Origin: a candidate division FCPU426 bacterium
GTDB taxonomy: Bacteria > Oederibacteriota > Muellerivitia > Muellerivitales > Muellerivitaceae
Direction: 5' to 3'
Length of the DNA stretch: 64,000 nucleotides
Assembly (NCBI GenBank): GCA_963847625.1
Contig: CAWKAR010000052.1
Span: forward strand, 44,392 to 108,391
The notes beneath the pieces are model-generated. The model was not told where the DNA came from. It ran no database searches and worked only from the letters and a program-made list of their open reading frames with translations. Shown here piece after piece: positions 20,392-30,894 of this stretch. Positions within the stretch are counted from its first letter, which is position 1, and each line of letters opens with the position of its first letter. The position numbers were made by a program, and so were the translations under genes.

Positions 20392-21552
20392 TTACGCAAA
20401 AGATCTTTTCCAGAGGATCGATTGTAAACCGAGAAGGAAAAATTGAACGTTCATGAATTGATGGCTAAAGGTGTATTCGGTCAAGCCCCATACGAGAACC
20501 GCTGTAAAAATAGAAATAAATACCCAGTTTAAAGAATGGGCGTCGGGATCTAGGGACTTAAACTTTAAGGCCATTCGGTAATAAAGGAAGATCCAAGCCA
20601 AGTAAAACGCCAAACCGATCCATCCGTTTTGTGCCAGTATTTGCAGGTAATTGTCATGCAGATGGGGTTCGGTCGTCTCAGCAGCATTGGCCAATTTATA
20701 TTTTGGATAGATATCCACCAAATTTCCTTGGCCTATGCCCCAAGGGTGGTCCTGGATAATTTTTAAACCCGCCGTCCAGATGAATAATCTTTGATTGTTA
20801 GTCCCGGAAATCTGGTGATCATCCGAATAGCTGACTTTGACATTCCAAATGCTGTCCACCCTTTCCTTTATCGAGTTTGGCAGAAGGAAATATATACCCG
20901 CCACCATCAAGGCACCGATGAATAACCCTCTTCGACCCATTTTCCAAGACCAAAGGAAAAATCCGGCCAATGCCCCGATCCAGGCGCCCCGGGTTTGCGT
21001 CAGGATCAGAGCCATTCCCACCGTGAGAAGAGAGGCCCAAACCCAGCGATTCTTTGGAAATTTTTTTAAAAGAAGCAATTGGAAAATCAGGGTGACCATC
21101 AAGAGACCTCCGAATACCATTTTGTCCCCTGAGAAGGAATCAATGCGTTCTTGATGGCGGAAGAAATATTTCCCGATTCCACATGCCGCGCAAAAAGTGG
21201 AACCACCGACGAAGGAGAAAATCAACTTTTGGATTTGGTCAATGGATAAGTTCATGGCGCCAATGAAAAAAATAAGAAGTAACGTCAGATATTTATGAAC
21301 CGTGTGAAAACTTTTCAAAGGATTTATGCCGAGGATGGCGCCGAGGAAAAAACCAGATAGAAAAAGGAGTGTGGCAATAGCGAAAGCTCCACGGGGCCAT
21401 TCGACAGGTTGCCGGTTTTTTAAATGGTTAAAAAGGAAAAACGCGACGGAAATCCAAATGATATTTTGCATAGCAATGGATGCAACCGCCGAAACCGAGA
21501 AAGCTAATAAAGTCCAGTAAAGATACCGTGTATGAGGGTTTTGAGTTTCCAC
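20392..21552 (-). CDS. O-antigen ligase (WaaL/Wzy_C family) membrane protein
   Basis: Multiple TM helices, LTQTRGAWIG, RLFIW..G, HPWGIGQG, HLHDNYLQILAQNGWIG. Confidence 0.88.
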   Translation of the reverse strand: METQNPHTRYLYWTLLAFSVSAVASIAMQNIIWISVAFFLFNHLKNRQPVEWPRGAFAIATLLFLSGFFLGAILGINPLKSFHTVHKYLTLLLIFFIGAMNLSIDQIQKLIFSFVGGSTFCAACGIGKYFFRHQERIDSFSGDKMVFGGLLMVTLIFQLLLLKKFPKNRWVWASLLTVGMALILTQTRGAWIGALAGFFLWSWKMGRRGLFIGALMVAGIYFLLPNSIKERVDSIWNVKVSYSDDHQISGTNNQRLFIWTAGLKIIQDHPWGIGQGNLVDIYPKYKLANAAETTEPHLHDNYLQILAQNGWIGLAFYLAWIFLYYRMALKFKSLDPDAHSLNWVFISIFTAVLVWGLTEYTFSHQFMNVQFFLLGLQSILWKRSFA

Positions 21553-21705
21553 GGTCGAAATTATAGAGTGAATTACATCAGTTCGAAACCACTCTTAATA
21601 AAGATAAATACTTCATTCAATGCCGTGAGAATCAACTATTTATCCCAGTTAAACCCTTGGCTTTAGGAATAGGAGGGTTTAGAGCTTTGGCCATCCCATT
21701 GTTCG

Positions 21706-21734
21706 TTGACAGGGGGAAGCTTGAATGTTTAAAT
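21706..21734 (+). promoter_or_regulatory. sigma70-type promoter for the ABC ATPase gene
   Basis: TTGACA - 17 bp - TTAAAT. Confidence 0.6.
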
Positions 21735-21852
21735 AACCCCTAGTTTTATAGGCTTTCCGGTGGAAAGAAGAGTCGGGAGGCCATTCTGGTTCTGGGGCGC
21801 TCCTAAAAATAATATTTTTAGGGCGTTTCGGTCCCTTAGGTGGAGGATTGTA

Positions 21853-22959
21853 ATGTCAAATGTAGTCCTCAAAAATGTGACTAAGGTTTATGGAAACAAT
21901 ATCGTAGCAGTCAATAATGTCAATATTGAGGTCATGGATAAGGAGTTTTTGGTCCTGGTGGGACCTTCTGGATGCGGAAAGTCCACGACCCTTCGGATGG
22001 TGGCTGGTTTGGAGGAACTTTCAAGCGGAGATATCCGCATTGATGATGTGCTTGTCAATGATGTTCCACCGAAGGACAGGGACATCGCGATGGTATTCCA
22101 AAACTATGCTTTGTATCCCCACATGACTGTTTTTGAAAACATGGCCTTTGGTTTAAAACTCCGGAAATATCCCAAAGAAGAGATCAAGCAAAGGGTTTAT
22201 GAAGCCGCTAACATTCTGGGGATTCAGGAATTGCTGGTTCGGCTGCCAAAGGAACTTTCCGGCGGGCAACGCCAACGGGTAGCGGTGGGCCGGGCCATCG
22301 TCCGTAAGCCCAAAGTGTTTCTTTTCGATGAACCTCTTTCCAACTTGGACGCAAAGCTTCGAGTTCAAATGCGAGCAGAGATTTCTAAACTGCACACCCG
22401 TCTGCAGGCTACCATGATTTATGTAACTCATGACCAATTGGAAGCCATGACCATGGGGGACCGTATCGCGGTCATGAAGGACGGCTATGTCCAGCAAATC
22501 GCGGATCCCATCACGCTTTACGAAAAGCCCATAAACAAGTTCGTGGCAGGTTTCATCGGTACGCCCGCGATGAACTTTATGGAAGGTTCGCTGAATAAGA
22601 AGCGCACTGGGACTTATTTCAATGAAGAAAACTTTGAAATAAAATTGCCGGATAACTTCGCCAGCCTGCTGGAAGGGCATATCGGCCGCGAGGTGGTGCT
22701 GGGGATCAGGCCGGAAGACATCCATGATAAAATGGATGCTTCCAGCGCCTCACCCGATACGACCATCAGCGCAACCGTTGAAATCATCGAGCCGTTAGGC
22801 GCTGAAGCCTACTTGTATTTAACCACGGGAAAAAGCCCCTTTATCGCCCGTGTCAGCAGCCATGATCAAATTGAAATCAATCAGGACATCGAACTGGTCT
22901 TCAATATGCGAAAGGTCCATATTTTCGATAAGGAAACTGAGAAGTGCCTGACGAATTAA
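21853..22959 (+). CDS. carbohydrate ABC transporter ATP-binding protein (MalK/MsmX/UgpC family)
   Basis: GPSGCGKST, VFQNYALYPH, LSGGQRQR, DEPLSNLDAKLR, C-terminal TOBE-like GIRPE; GGAGG before ATG 21853. Confidence 0.95.
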   Translation: MSNVVLKNVTKVYGNNIVAVNNVNIEVMDKEFLVLVGPSGCGKSTTLRMVAGLEELSSGDIRIDDVLVNDVPPKDRDIAMVFQNYALYPHMTVFENMAFGLKLRKYPKEEIKQRVYEAANILGIQELLVRLPKELSGGQRQRVAVGRAIVRKPKVFLFDEPLSNLDAKLRVQMRAEISKLHTRLQATMIYVTHDQLEAMTMGDRIAVMKDGYVQQIADPITLYEKPINKFVAGFIGTPAMNFMEGSLNKKRTGTYFNEENFEIKLPDNFASLLEGHIGREVVLGIRPEDIHDKMDASSASPDTTISATVEIIEPLGAEAYLYLTTGKSPFIARVSSHDQIEINQDIELVFNMRKVHIFDKETEKCLTN

Positions 22960-22978
22960 AGATCGGCTGTTCGTGATC

Positions 22979-23017
22979 AAACTCAAAAACCGGGATTTTT
23001 CCCGGTTTTTGAGTTTT
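22979..23017 (+). terminator. intrinsic terminator, possibly bidirectional
   Basis: AAACTCAAAAACCGGGA-TTTT-TCCCGGTTTTTGAGTTT perfect inverted repeat. Confidence 0.85.
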
Positions 23018-23115
23018 CAGTTAAGCCAAATCAGCAATCAAAAGAAAAAAATTTCCCGTATTTCCGAATTAACATCGCCGGAAAAATAGATCCATCCATA
23101 ATTAAGGAATTCAAA

Positions 23116-24420
23116 ATGAGGATTTCAGTTGTTGGGACAGGTTATGTGGGTCTTGTAACAGGATCCTGCTTCGCAGACCTGGGTAATACCGTTATTTGCG
23201 TGGATGTTGATAAGAAGAAAATCCAGGAATTAAAAAAGGGAATTGTCCCCATTTTTGAACCGGGATTGGAAGAAATCATCCGAAGGAATAAAGGCCACAG
23301 GCTTTTTTTCACCACTGATTTGGCCAAAGCGGTTCAAACCACCGACTTCATATTTATCGCGGTGAGCACTCCTCCGGGAAAAGAGGGCGAGGCTGATATC
23401 ACCAATGTCAAAGCAGTTGCCAAAGGTATCGCAAAATCACTCGATCGCTATAAGATCATCGTCAACAAAAGCACCGTTCCCATCGGTATGGGGGACGTGG
23501 TGACACAAATCATCATTAAAAACAGCTCGAAGGAAGTTCTTTTTGATGTCGTGTCTAACCCCGAGTTTTTGAGGGAAGGTTCAGCCGTAACGGATCTTTT
23601 ACGACCGGAAAGGGTTGTCATTGGCGCCACTCGACGTTCGGCAGCCCAGAAAGTGGCTGAAATTTATAAATCCCTTCATTGTCCGATTTTGATCACTGAT
23701 TTGAAAAGCGCCGAGATGATCAAATACGCGTCCAACGCTTTTTTAGCCACTAAAATTTCGTTTATCAACGAGATTGCCAATCTTTGCGACAGGGTGGGCG
23801 CGGATATCCTTCAGGTCACCAAGGGTATGAGTTACGATTCCCGGATCGGGGGCCAGTTTTTCAATTCCGGCCTGGGTTTTGGCGGGAGCTGCTTTCCGAA
23901 GGACGTGGCCGCCTTGGTCGATATCGGAAGCAAAAGCGGTTATCCGTTTCGAATCCTGCCTAAGGTCTTGGAGGTAAACCACCGACAAAGGCTTTCTTTC
24001 ATTGAAAAAGTGCGGAAAACGATTGGTCCTTTAAAGGGAAAGACCTTAGCGGTCTGGGGTTTATCTTTTAAACCCAACACGGATGATATGCGGGAAGCTC
24101 CTTCCTTGACCATCTTGCCGGCTCTTCAGTCTGGAGGGGCAAAAATCAAGGTTTACGATCCTGTGTCCATGGGGAAGGCAAGAAAATATTTTCAGAAAGT
24201 TATATATTGTAAATCACCTTACGAGGCTGCACGAGGCTCCGATGCGGTACTGGTCTTGACTGACTGGAACGAGTTTAAACAGATTGATTTTAATAAATTA
24301 AAAAGTTTGGTAAAGAAGCCCATTCTACTGGATGGACGTAACATGTATGATTCTCAAGAATTGACGGAAAAAGGGTTCGCCTACAGCGGTATGGGACGGG
24401 GTGAAGCATTGAGCTTTTGA
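23116..24420 (+). CDS. ugd: UDP-glucose 6-dehydrogenase
   Basis: GTGYVGL, NKSTVP, SNPEFLREG, KYASNAFLATKISF, GFGGSCFPKD. Confidence 0.93.
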   Translation: MRISVVGTGYVGLVTGSCFADLGNTVICVDVDKKKIQELKKGIVPIFEPGLEEIIRRNKGHRLFFTTDLAKAVQTTDFIFIAVSTPPGKEGEADITNVKAVAKGIAKSLDRYKIIVNKSTVPIGMGDVVTQIIIKNSSKEVLFDVVSNPEFLREGSAVTDLLRPERVVIGATRRSAAQKVAEIYKSLHCPILITDLKSAEMIKYASNAFLATKISFINEIANLCDRVGADILQVTKGMSYDSRIGGQFFNSGLGFGGSCFPKDVAALVDIGSKSGYPFRILPKVLEVNHRQRLSFIEKVRKTIGPLKGKTLAVWGLSFKPNTDDMREAPSLTILPALQSGGAKIKVYDPVSMGKARKYFQKVIYCKSPYEAARGSDAVLVLTDWNEFKQIDFNKLKSLVKKPILLDGRNMYDSQELTEKGFAYSGMGRGEALSF

Positions 24421-24624
24421 TCATCCAGCGATTGATTCTGCGAAATTGGAATGAAATTCATGGAAATTGGGATATCCATTGGATGTCCACCCCTTTTCCC
24501 TCTTTAATAAAATAAATTCAAGTTTTCCATTTTTATTTTGGCTTTTTGGAAAATGTCTTGATTCGGGTTTTGAGCTTTTTAACCAGTTTCATAACCCGGG
24601 AATTGGTTTCTGAGGAGTTTTTGA

Positions 24625-25491
24625 TTGAAGATAGCATTACTCGGCGCAAACGGTATGTTGGGTTCCAAAATGGCGGAAGTGCTTGTACAACGGTCCCATA
24701 ATGTCTTGAAACCGGAGCGCGCCGAGATTGATTTGGCTCAACCCGAAACCATGGAAAAATATTTTAAAACCCATGATTTCGAAATTCTAATTAATTGCGC
24801 CGCTTATACGCGGGTTGATGCTTGCGAGGAACCCTCTCAATACTCCCTTGCCCTCAACCTGAATGGGGCCGCTCCGGCTTGGTTGGCCCGTTTTTGCCGG
24901 AAAACCAATCGGAAACTCATCCATTTTTCCAGTGACTATGTATTTGACGGCAATAAAGCCGATCCTTATACCGAGGAGGATACCCCTCATCCGTTGAATG
25001 TCTATGGACGGACAAAATGGCAGGGCGAGAAGCTGATACTGGCTGAGAAACCATTTTTTTATCTTGTCCGTTCTTCATGGCTTTTTGGCCCCAACGGTAA
25101 ACATTTCGTGAATACACTACTCAAAACGCTAAAGACACGGCCCAAAGTGGAGGTGGTGTCCGATCAAGTAGGCGGTCCCACCTATACCGGGGATTTAGCC
25201 TTGTTTACACTGGACCTTTTGGAGAAAAAGGCTGAGCCTGGAATCTACCATTTTGCCAATGAAGGATACGTTTCCTGGTTCGATTTTGCCCTGGAAATAC
25301 AAAGACAAACAGGCCTTCACCAATGCAAGGTGGTGCCGGCCCTAAGCGATAATATCTTCCGCCCGGCCTTAAGACCCGCTAACTCGGGTTTTAACCTGGA
25401 TAAAGCGCGAAAAGTGGTTTCTTCTTTAAGGCCTTGGTACGAGGGGTTGAAAGATTATCTGACAAAGGATTGGATGAATGAGCCGGCCTGA
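24625..25491 (+). CDS. rfbD: dTDP-4-dehydrorhamnose reductase
   Basis: GANGMLG, NCAAYTRVD, SSDYVFDG, YGRTK, DQVGGPT. Confidence 0.93.
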   Translation: MKIALLGANGMLGSKMAEVLVQRSHNVLKPERAEIDLAQPETMEKYFKTHDFEILINCAAYTRVDACEEPSQYSLALNLNGAAPAWLARFCRKTNRKLIHFSSDYVFDGNKADPYTEEDTPHPLNVYGRTKWQGEKLILAEKPFFYLVRSSWLFGPNGKHFVNTLLKTLKTRPKVEVVSDQVGGPTYTGDLALFTLDLLEKKAEPGIYHFANEGYVSWFDFALEIQRQTGLHQCKVVPALSDNIFRPALRPANSGFNLDKARKVVSSLRPWYEGLKDYLTKDWMNEPA

Positions 25492-26233
25492 ACTTTCCGT
25501 CGTCATCCCCATTTATAACGAGGAAGCCCGGATTGGGAAAACACTGGAGGAGGCCATTGTTTATTTGAAAAAAAAGAAATGGACTTCTGAAATTCTATTG
25601 GTGGATGACGGATGCAAAGACAAAACACTTCAAGCCGTGGAAAAATTCTGGAAAAAAACCGGGAAACTTATTGATTTTAAGGTGCTGCGGCATGATATCA
25701 ATCGGGGAAAAGGAGCGGCGGTCAGAACCGGAGCCTTGGCCTCCCGAGGCCGTTTTGTCCTCTTCATGGACGCGGACAACGCCACTCCCCTTGCCCAATT
25801 CGACAAATTTGAAGAAGCATTTCAAAAGGGTTTTGAAGTGCTGGTGGGAAGCCGGGCGGTGGATCGCAAACTAGTCAAAGTTCACCAGCCTTTTTACCGG
25901 GAAGCCATGGGAAGAATTTTCAACCTGTTAGTCCAGACACTGGCGACTCCCGGGATTGGGGACACCCAATGCGGTTTTAAGGCCTTTACCCGTGCGGCGG
26001 CGCAAAGTATTTTCCCCCGGCAAACGATAGAGCGGTTCGGCTTCGACGTCGAACTTATTTATATCGCAAGAAAACATGGGTTCAGAATGATAGAAATTCC
26101 CGTGGAGTGGTTTGATTCCCCTTATTCAAAAGTCAACGTCATTCGGGACTCGACACGGATGTTTCTCGATCTTCTTGTTGTGCGTTGGAACGACATCAAG
26201 GGACTTTACAGCACCTCCGCTAGGCAGTCCTAG
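25478..26233 (+). CDS. GT2 polyprenyl-phosphate glycosyltransferase (dolichyl-phosphate beta-glucosyltransferase-like)
   Basis: SVVIPIYNE, VDDG, NRGKGAAVRTG, DAD, DTQCGFKAF, FGFDVEL. Confidence 0.9.
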   Translation: MSRPELSVVIPIYNEEARIGKTLEEAIVYLKKKKWTSEILLVDDGCKDKTLQAVEKFWKKTGKLIDFKVLRHDINRGKGAAVRTGALASRGRFVLFMDADNATPLAQFDKFEEAFQKGFEVLVGSRAVDRKLVKVHQPFYREAMGRIFNLLVQTLATPGIGDTQCGFKAFTRAAAQSIFPRQTIERFGFDVELIYIARKHGFRMIEIPVEWFDSPYSKVNVIRDSTRMFLDLLVVRWNDIKGLYSTSARQS

Positions 26234-26240
26234 GCCCTCC

Positions 26241-27698
26241 GTGACCTCCTCCAGCGGTCGGGCCCGCCGAATTACCCTGAACACTTTCGCTCTTTTTTCA
26301 TCCGAAATCCTCGCTCGTTTTTTCACTCTTTTAACTGTTTTTTATATCACCCGCCATTGGAGTCGGGATTATTACGGACAATATTGCATCGCCATCAACT
26401 GGGTGACCATTTTTGCCGCCATCAGCAGTTTGGGTTTGGGCTCTTTGGCCACTCGGGATGTGGCTCATGATAAGGGACTCACTTCTTTCTACCTTCGAAA
26501 TATTATTTTTCTCAGGACAGTCCTTTCAGTCCTGTTTGTGGCAGCCCTGGCGGTTCTTGGGCCCTTATTGGGTTATGAACCGGTCCTTCGCCTGGCCCTG
26601 GTGGTCCTCGGCTTGCGTCTGATTATTGATGCGTTTTCCTCGGCCTTTGCGACCCTCTTGCAAGCCTATGAACTGATTGCACTCCAGGGGATCGTGAATT
26701 TGGCAGGCGCTTTTTTGCGGATGGTGGGGATTATTTTGGTTGTTTATTTTGGATTAAGTATGATTGGGGCCTGTTGGATCTGGGTCGGGGCAAGCACGTT
26801 TTCCCTTTTCGCCTTATGGAGGATCGGTTGGGGAAGGGGATGGCTGGCCAAATGGAATCGTTTCCACTGGGCGGAAGCTGTGCAAACACTGAAAAATTCC
26901 ATCCCCTTTGCGGCCTTTGGAACCTTTCAGATGCTTTATTACCGGGTTGATTCCGTGATTCTTAAGAGTTTCGCTGGAAATGAGGCGGTGGCCCTTTATG
27001 ACGTGGCAGGCCGGTTGTTATTCGTCACCTACATGTTGGCGGACCATTTCGGAGTAGCCACTCTTCCGTCCTTGTCAGCCAACCAGGACATTTCCAAGGA
27101 CATGGGACGCCTGGCAACCCGGGCCCTCAAGGCTCTGACGTTCGTGGGAATGCCCTTGACAGTTGGGGGGGTCCTGTTGTCCCGCCCGCTTATGGGTTTG
27201 CTCTTTGGATCCCAATACATGGCCTCAGGTCCGGCTTTTGCAGTCCTGGCCATATCTTTAATTTTCTATTTTGTCATGAGGCCCTGTCTCAACCTCTTGG
27301 CCGTCAAGAACCCGATCATATTGACATATATATTTCTGGCTATATTCCTTGCGAACGTAGTGATGAATTTTCTCATTATTCCCCGTTGGGGTTTAATGGG
27401 GGCCGCGGTCGTTTCGACGGCTTGCGAGGTCCTCTTGGCTATCCTTTGCGGATGGTTTACAAGACGTTTTTTCCAAACCCCTTCCAAGAGCTTTTACAGG
27501 GGAATGGCAGCCTGCTTTTTATCCTCGACCCTGATGGGCTTTGGTATTTTCATGGATCCGCGCCTCTATTGGCTGGGCCTGGGCCCCTTGGTGTATGGGT
27601 TGGCCCTTTTCCTTATGGGAGGATTGGATTCGGATGATTGGGCCAGCATCAGGTCCATTCTTGGAAGAAAAACCGGAAACAGTGGATCTATCCAATGA
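26241..27698 (+). CDS. Wzx-type polysaccharide flippase
   Basis: Many TM helices, SLGLGSLATRDVA, LYYRVDSVIL, NFLIIPRWGLMGAA; start uncertain (GTG 26241). Confidence 0.9.
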   Translation: MTSSSGRARRITLNTFALFSSEILARFFTLLTVFYITRHWSRDYYGQYCIAINWVTIFAAISSLGLGSLATRDVAHDKGLTSFYLRNIIFLRTVLSVLFVAALAVLGPLLGYEPVLRLALVVLGLRLIIDAFSSAFATLLQAYELIALQGIVNLAGAFLRMVGIILVVYFGLSMIGACWIWVGASTFSLFALWRIGWGRGWLAKWNRFHWAEAVQTLKNSIPFAAFGTFQMLYYRVDSVILKSFAGNEAVALYDVAGRLLFVTYMLADHFGVATLPSLSANQDISKDMGRLATRALKALTFVGMPLTVGGVLLSRPLMGLLFGSQYMASGPAFAVLAISLIFYFVMRPCLNLLAVKNPIILTYIFLAIFLANVVMNFLIIPRWGLMGAAVVSTACEVLLAILCGWFTRRFFQTPSKSFYRGMAACFLSSTLMGFGIFMDPRLYWLGLGPLVYGLALFLMGGLDSDDWASIRSILGRKTGNSGSIQ

Positions 27699-28879
27699 TG
27701 AGCAAACTAATCCCCGATCTTCACGGGTCTAAAAGGAAGGATTCGGAACCTGTAATCTGCGTTTTGGAATTTAACTCTGAAGGGCATCATCTTGCCTATG
27801 TGGAGATTCTTATCCGAGCCCTTAAGGAAAAAACAGGCCAGAAACCGTTATTTCTTACCTCGGCCCAGGTTCCAAAATCCAAGAGCTATGAAATTTATCT
27901 TAAACCCATAGAAGATCGCTTTGAGATGCATGCCGCGGAGAGCATCAAGTCGGGTAAAAGTAAATGGATGTGGGTTCAGTTTTTTCCCATTATTGCTTTG
28001 CTGGATAAAATGAGAAAGCGCGGCATCCGCCGGGTGCTTATTTCCACGGGAGATGAGCTCGCTGCGATCTTGGGTTTGGCCCGCCTCGCTGGGTTTAAAT
28101 TTAAAGACCTTGAAATAACGTGCGGGTTGTTGCTGCTTCCCCTGGCTTATCCAACTTCTTCATGGCTGAAGAAATTGAAAAGGCGTTTTTTTCTTTGGCT
28201 CCAGAGAAAGTCGGGTGCCCGGTTGTTTTGTTTCGATTTCCACGCTGTTGAAATCCTACGACAAAAGTACGATATCCTCTTAGAAACCGTTCCGGAACCT
28301 CTGCTTTCGTTGAGTCCCCATACAATTACAAAATCGGTTCCAAAACCCAACGATTTCTCGAATCCGCTTTGTTTGGGAACCATTGGGTTTTTCGATCCAA
28401 GAAAAGGAGTGGATTTATTGTTGGAAGCCTTCCAGCGCGCCCATTTTAACCGGCCGGTTACACTTCTTTTGGCAGGCCTGGTAAATGACTCCAGTTTGAT
28501 GAAAAAATTAAAAGATCCCGGTGTCGCGGAGAACGGTAAAATTCAAATCATCAATAAGATTTTAACCGCTGAGGAATATGTTTTGGCCCTCGGGAAAATG
28601 GATGTATTGTGTATGACTTATCGTTCACATGTTGGCCCCTCGGGGGTTTACGCCCAAGCGGCGTCCCAGGGAAAAATTATTGTCGCTTCGGATTATGGAT
28701 GGCTCGGTTGGGAAGGAAAAAAATACAATAAAATTCTTTTCTTTAAAGACCAATCCTTGGATTCGCTGGTGGATACACTCGAAGATACGGTATCAAGGTT
28801 CGATTCACTCGCGGCCCTTGCTGGGAATTATCAACCAACTTCTGTGGGGGATTTCACAAAGGTATTTTGTTCCCGCTGA
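27695..28879 (+). CDS. glycosyltransferase, GT-B/GT4-like
   Basis: EGHHLAYV N-terminus, GFFDPRKGVDLLLEAF, SGVYAQAASQGKIIVASDYG. Confidence 0.8.
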   Translation: MMSKLIPDLHGSKRKDSEPVICVLEFNSEGHHLAYVEILIRALKEKTGQKPLFLTSAQVPKSKSYEIYLKPIEDRFEMHAAESIKSGKSKWMWVQFFPIIALLDKMRKRGIRRVLISTGDELAAILGLARLAGFKFKDLEITCGLLLLPLAYPTSSWLKKLKRRFFLWLQRKSGARLFCFDFHAVEILRQKYDILLETVPEPLLSLSPHTITKSVPKPNDFSNPLCLGTIGFFDPRKGVDLLLEAFQRAHFNRPVTLLLAGLVNDSSLMKKLKDPGVAENGKIQIINKILTAEEYVLALGKMDVLCMTYRSHVGPSGVYAQAASQGKIIVASDYGWLGWEGKKYNKILFFKDQSLDSLVDTLEDTVSRFDSLAALAGNYQPTSVGDFTKVFCSR

Positions 28880-28989
28880 AAAGACAGGTGAGAAATAGAC
28901 CTCAATCGCAAAGTGCGGATGAAAGCTTATGGCTCTAGGGCTAGGAAACCCATGGGAGGGTCAATCGAGAAAATGGGGGAGTTCAAGTC

Positions 28990-29598
28990 ATGCTAAGCAT
29001 TGTTCGAATCCTGAATCAGCTCCGCGTACAAGCGCGGATGAGATTTTTTACGCCATGGGTACGTTTTAAACTATGGTTTTGGGGGGCAAAAGTAGGTCGT
29101 CGACTTAGGTGTAATGGGAACATCAAAATTTATAATCGTGGGAATATCAGCTTAGGGGATAAAGTCAACTTTAATTCAGGTTGGTTAGCTAATCCAGTTG
29201 GTAATTTTCAATGCACGACGTTCCATGTGCAAAAAGGTGCTAACCTGTTTATTGGCAACGGGTGCGGCATTTCTAATGCCGTTTTCTGCTGTAGAATTGG
29301 CATTACCTTGGAGGATGGGGCTTCTGTAGGTGGTGGAACATCCCTATACGATAATGATTTTCACTCGCTTAAAGAAGAGGATCGGCTCTCAGGAAAGGGA
29401 ATAATTCCGGGAGCGCCAATAATCATACGACGCCGCGCCTTTATCGGAGGGCATTGCTTGATCCTGAAGGGGGTTACCATCGGAGAAGGTTCTATCATTG
29501 GAGCGGGAAGTGTTGTGACCCGCGATATACCGGCTGGAGTGATCGCTGCCGGGGTTCCTGCAAAGGTTTTGCGCCGTTTAAAGAAAAAAGAAAAATAA
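28990..29598 (+). CDS. hexapeptide-repeat (LbH) sugar O-acetyltransferase
   Basis: YDNDFH, ILKGVTIGEGSIIGAGSVVTRDIP, AAGVPAK. Confidence 0.9.
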   Translation: MLSIVRILNQLRVQARMRFFTPWVRFKLWFWGAKVGRRLRCNGNIKIYNRGNISLGDKVNFNSGWLANPVGNFQCTTFHVQKGANLFIGNGCGISNAVFCCRIGITLEDGASVGGGTSLYDNDFHSLKEEDRLSGKGIIPGAPIIIRRRAFIGGHCLILKGVTIGEGSIIGAGSVVTRDIPAGVIAAGVPAKVLRRLKKKEK

Positions 29599-29712
29599 TT
29601 CAAGAGGCACCTTTCGTCAACGGTTATAGGTCTCCAGTTCTGCAAAATCCTAATGATTTGTTTGTTTTAATGAACAAGCTCATGAAAACAACTTGAACCC
29701 AGAGGTGAAGGA

Positions 29713-30567
29713 ATGGTCCGCCGCGCTCGTCTAAAAAAAACTAATGTTTCCATCCTAATTTTGACGCTAAACGAGGAAGAAAATATCCAGCAATGCCTGG
29801 ATTCGGTGTCCTGGTCCAATGACATTGTGGTCTTGGATTCGGGAAGTCTTGATAAGACCGTTTTACTGGCTAAAAAGAAGGGAGCTCGGGTGATAACCAG
29901 GTCCTTCGACAATTGGGCTTCACACCAGAATTGGGCAATGAAGAAAATAAAGTTCAAGAATCCTTGGGTCTTTTACCTGGATGCCGATGAACGCATGATG
30001 TCCGAACTAAAAGAAGAAATCCTTTCCATCGCGGCTGATCCCGCGAGGCCTGAAAAGACCTTTTTTTGTGGCCGGAGGAATTATTTCTTCGGTAAATGGA
30101 TCAGGCATTCCTTCCCCCCGGGACATATCCTTCGTTTCTTCCAGCCTCCTTTCGTTCGTTTTGAACGTTTAGTGAATCCTGTTGCGGTTATCCAAGGGCC
30201 GCATGGCTATCTGAAAAATTATTTTGACCATTATAACTTCAGTAAGGGCCTGGAAGAATGGTTTGCCAAACACAACCAATATTCTACCGCCGAAGCCCTC
30301 GAAGGGGCGAAAGGGGGTGTAGCCGGTTTTACCCTGAGGCCTCTACTAGCGTTAGATGCTGTTTTGAAGCGGTTAAAAATCAAGACAATTTCAAACCGAT
30401 TACCTTTCAAACCCTTGATCAAATTTTTTTGGGTGTATATCGTCAAACGCGGTTTCCTGGACGGCCGGGAGGGTTTCATTTATTGCGTGCTTCAGTCTAT
30501 TTACGAATATATGATCGTTTTAAAGTCGAGGGAAATAGAATTAAGGAACAAGGGGTTGAAACCTTGA
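29713..30567 (+). CDS. GT2 glycosyltransferase (beta-1,4-glucosyltransferase-like)
   Basis: ILTLNEE, LDSGSLDKT, WVFYLDADE, KHNQYS, GFLDGREG. Confidence 0.9.
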   Translation: MVRRARLKKTNVSILILTLNEEENIQQCLDSVSWSNDIVVLDSGSLDKTVLLAKKKGARVITRSFDNWASHQNWAMKKIKFKNPWVFYLDADERMMSELKEEILSIAADPARPEKTFFCGRRNYFFGKWIRHSFPPGHILRFFQPPFVRFERLVNPVAVIQGPHGYLKNYFDHYNFSKGLEEWFAKHNQYSTAEALEGAKGGVAGFTLRPLLALDAVLKRLKIKTISNRLPFKPLIKFFWVYIVKRGFLDGREGFIYCVLQSIYEYMIVLKSREIELRNKGLKP

Positions 30568-30894
30568 AACGAATAAAATCCCTGCTTCCGCTCCTTTCGC
30601 AATATTAGGTATTTGGAATTTCTAAAAGTCGAATCTAAGTTCCAGGGTTTGTGCCCATAAGTTAAGGCCGCGGAGGAGATACAATAAGCGGATGAAAACA
30701 TGCTTATCAGATCACACCTCTTCAAATATGGTCTTTTCTGCCGCCGGTTCTTGTTCTCATACATCCCAAAGCTGATTTGCATGGATTTTCTTCCGTCGGG
30801 AATGCTGTTATCATTTTTCATGCATTTAGACGAAGGAGTTTTTCAGAGGTTACAGACTAAAAATTTTGCAATACTTCTTTAAGAGGAGAGCACT

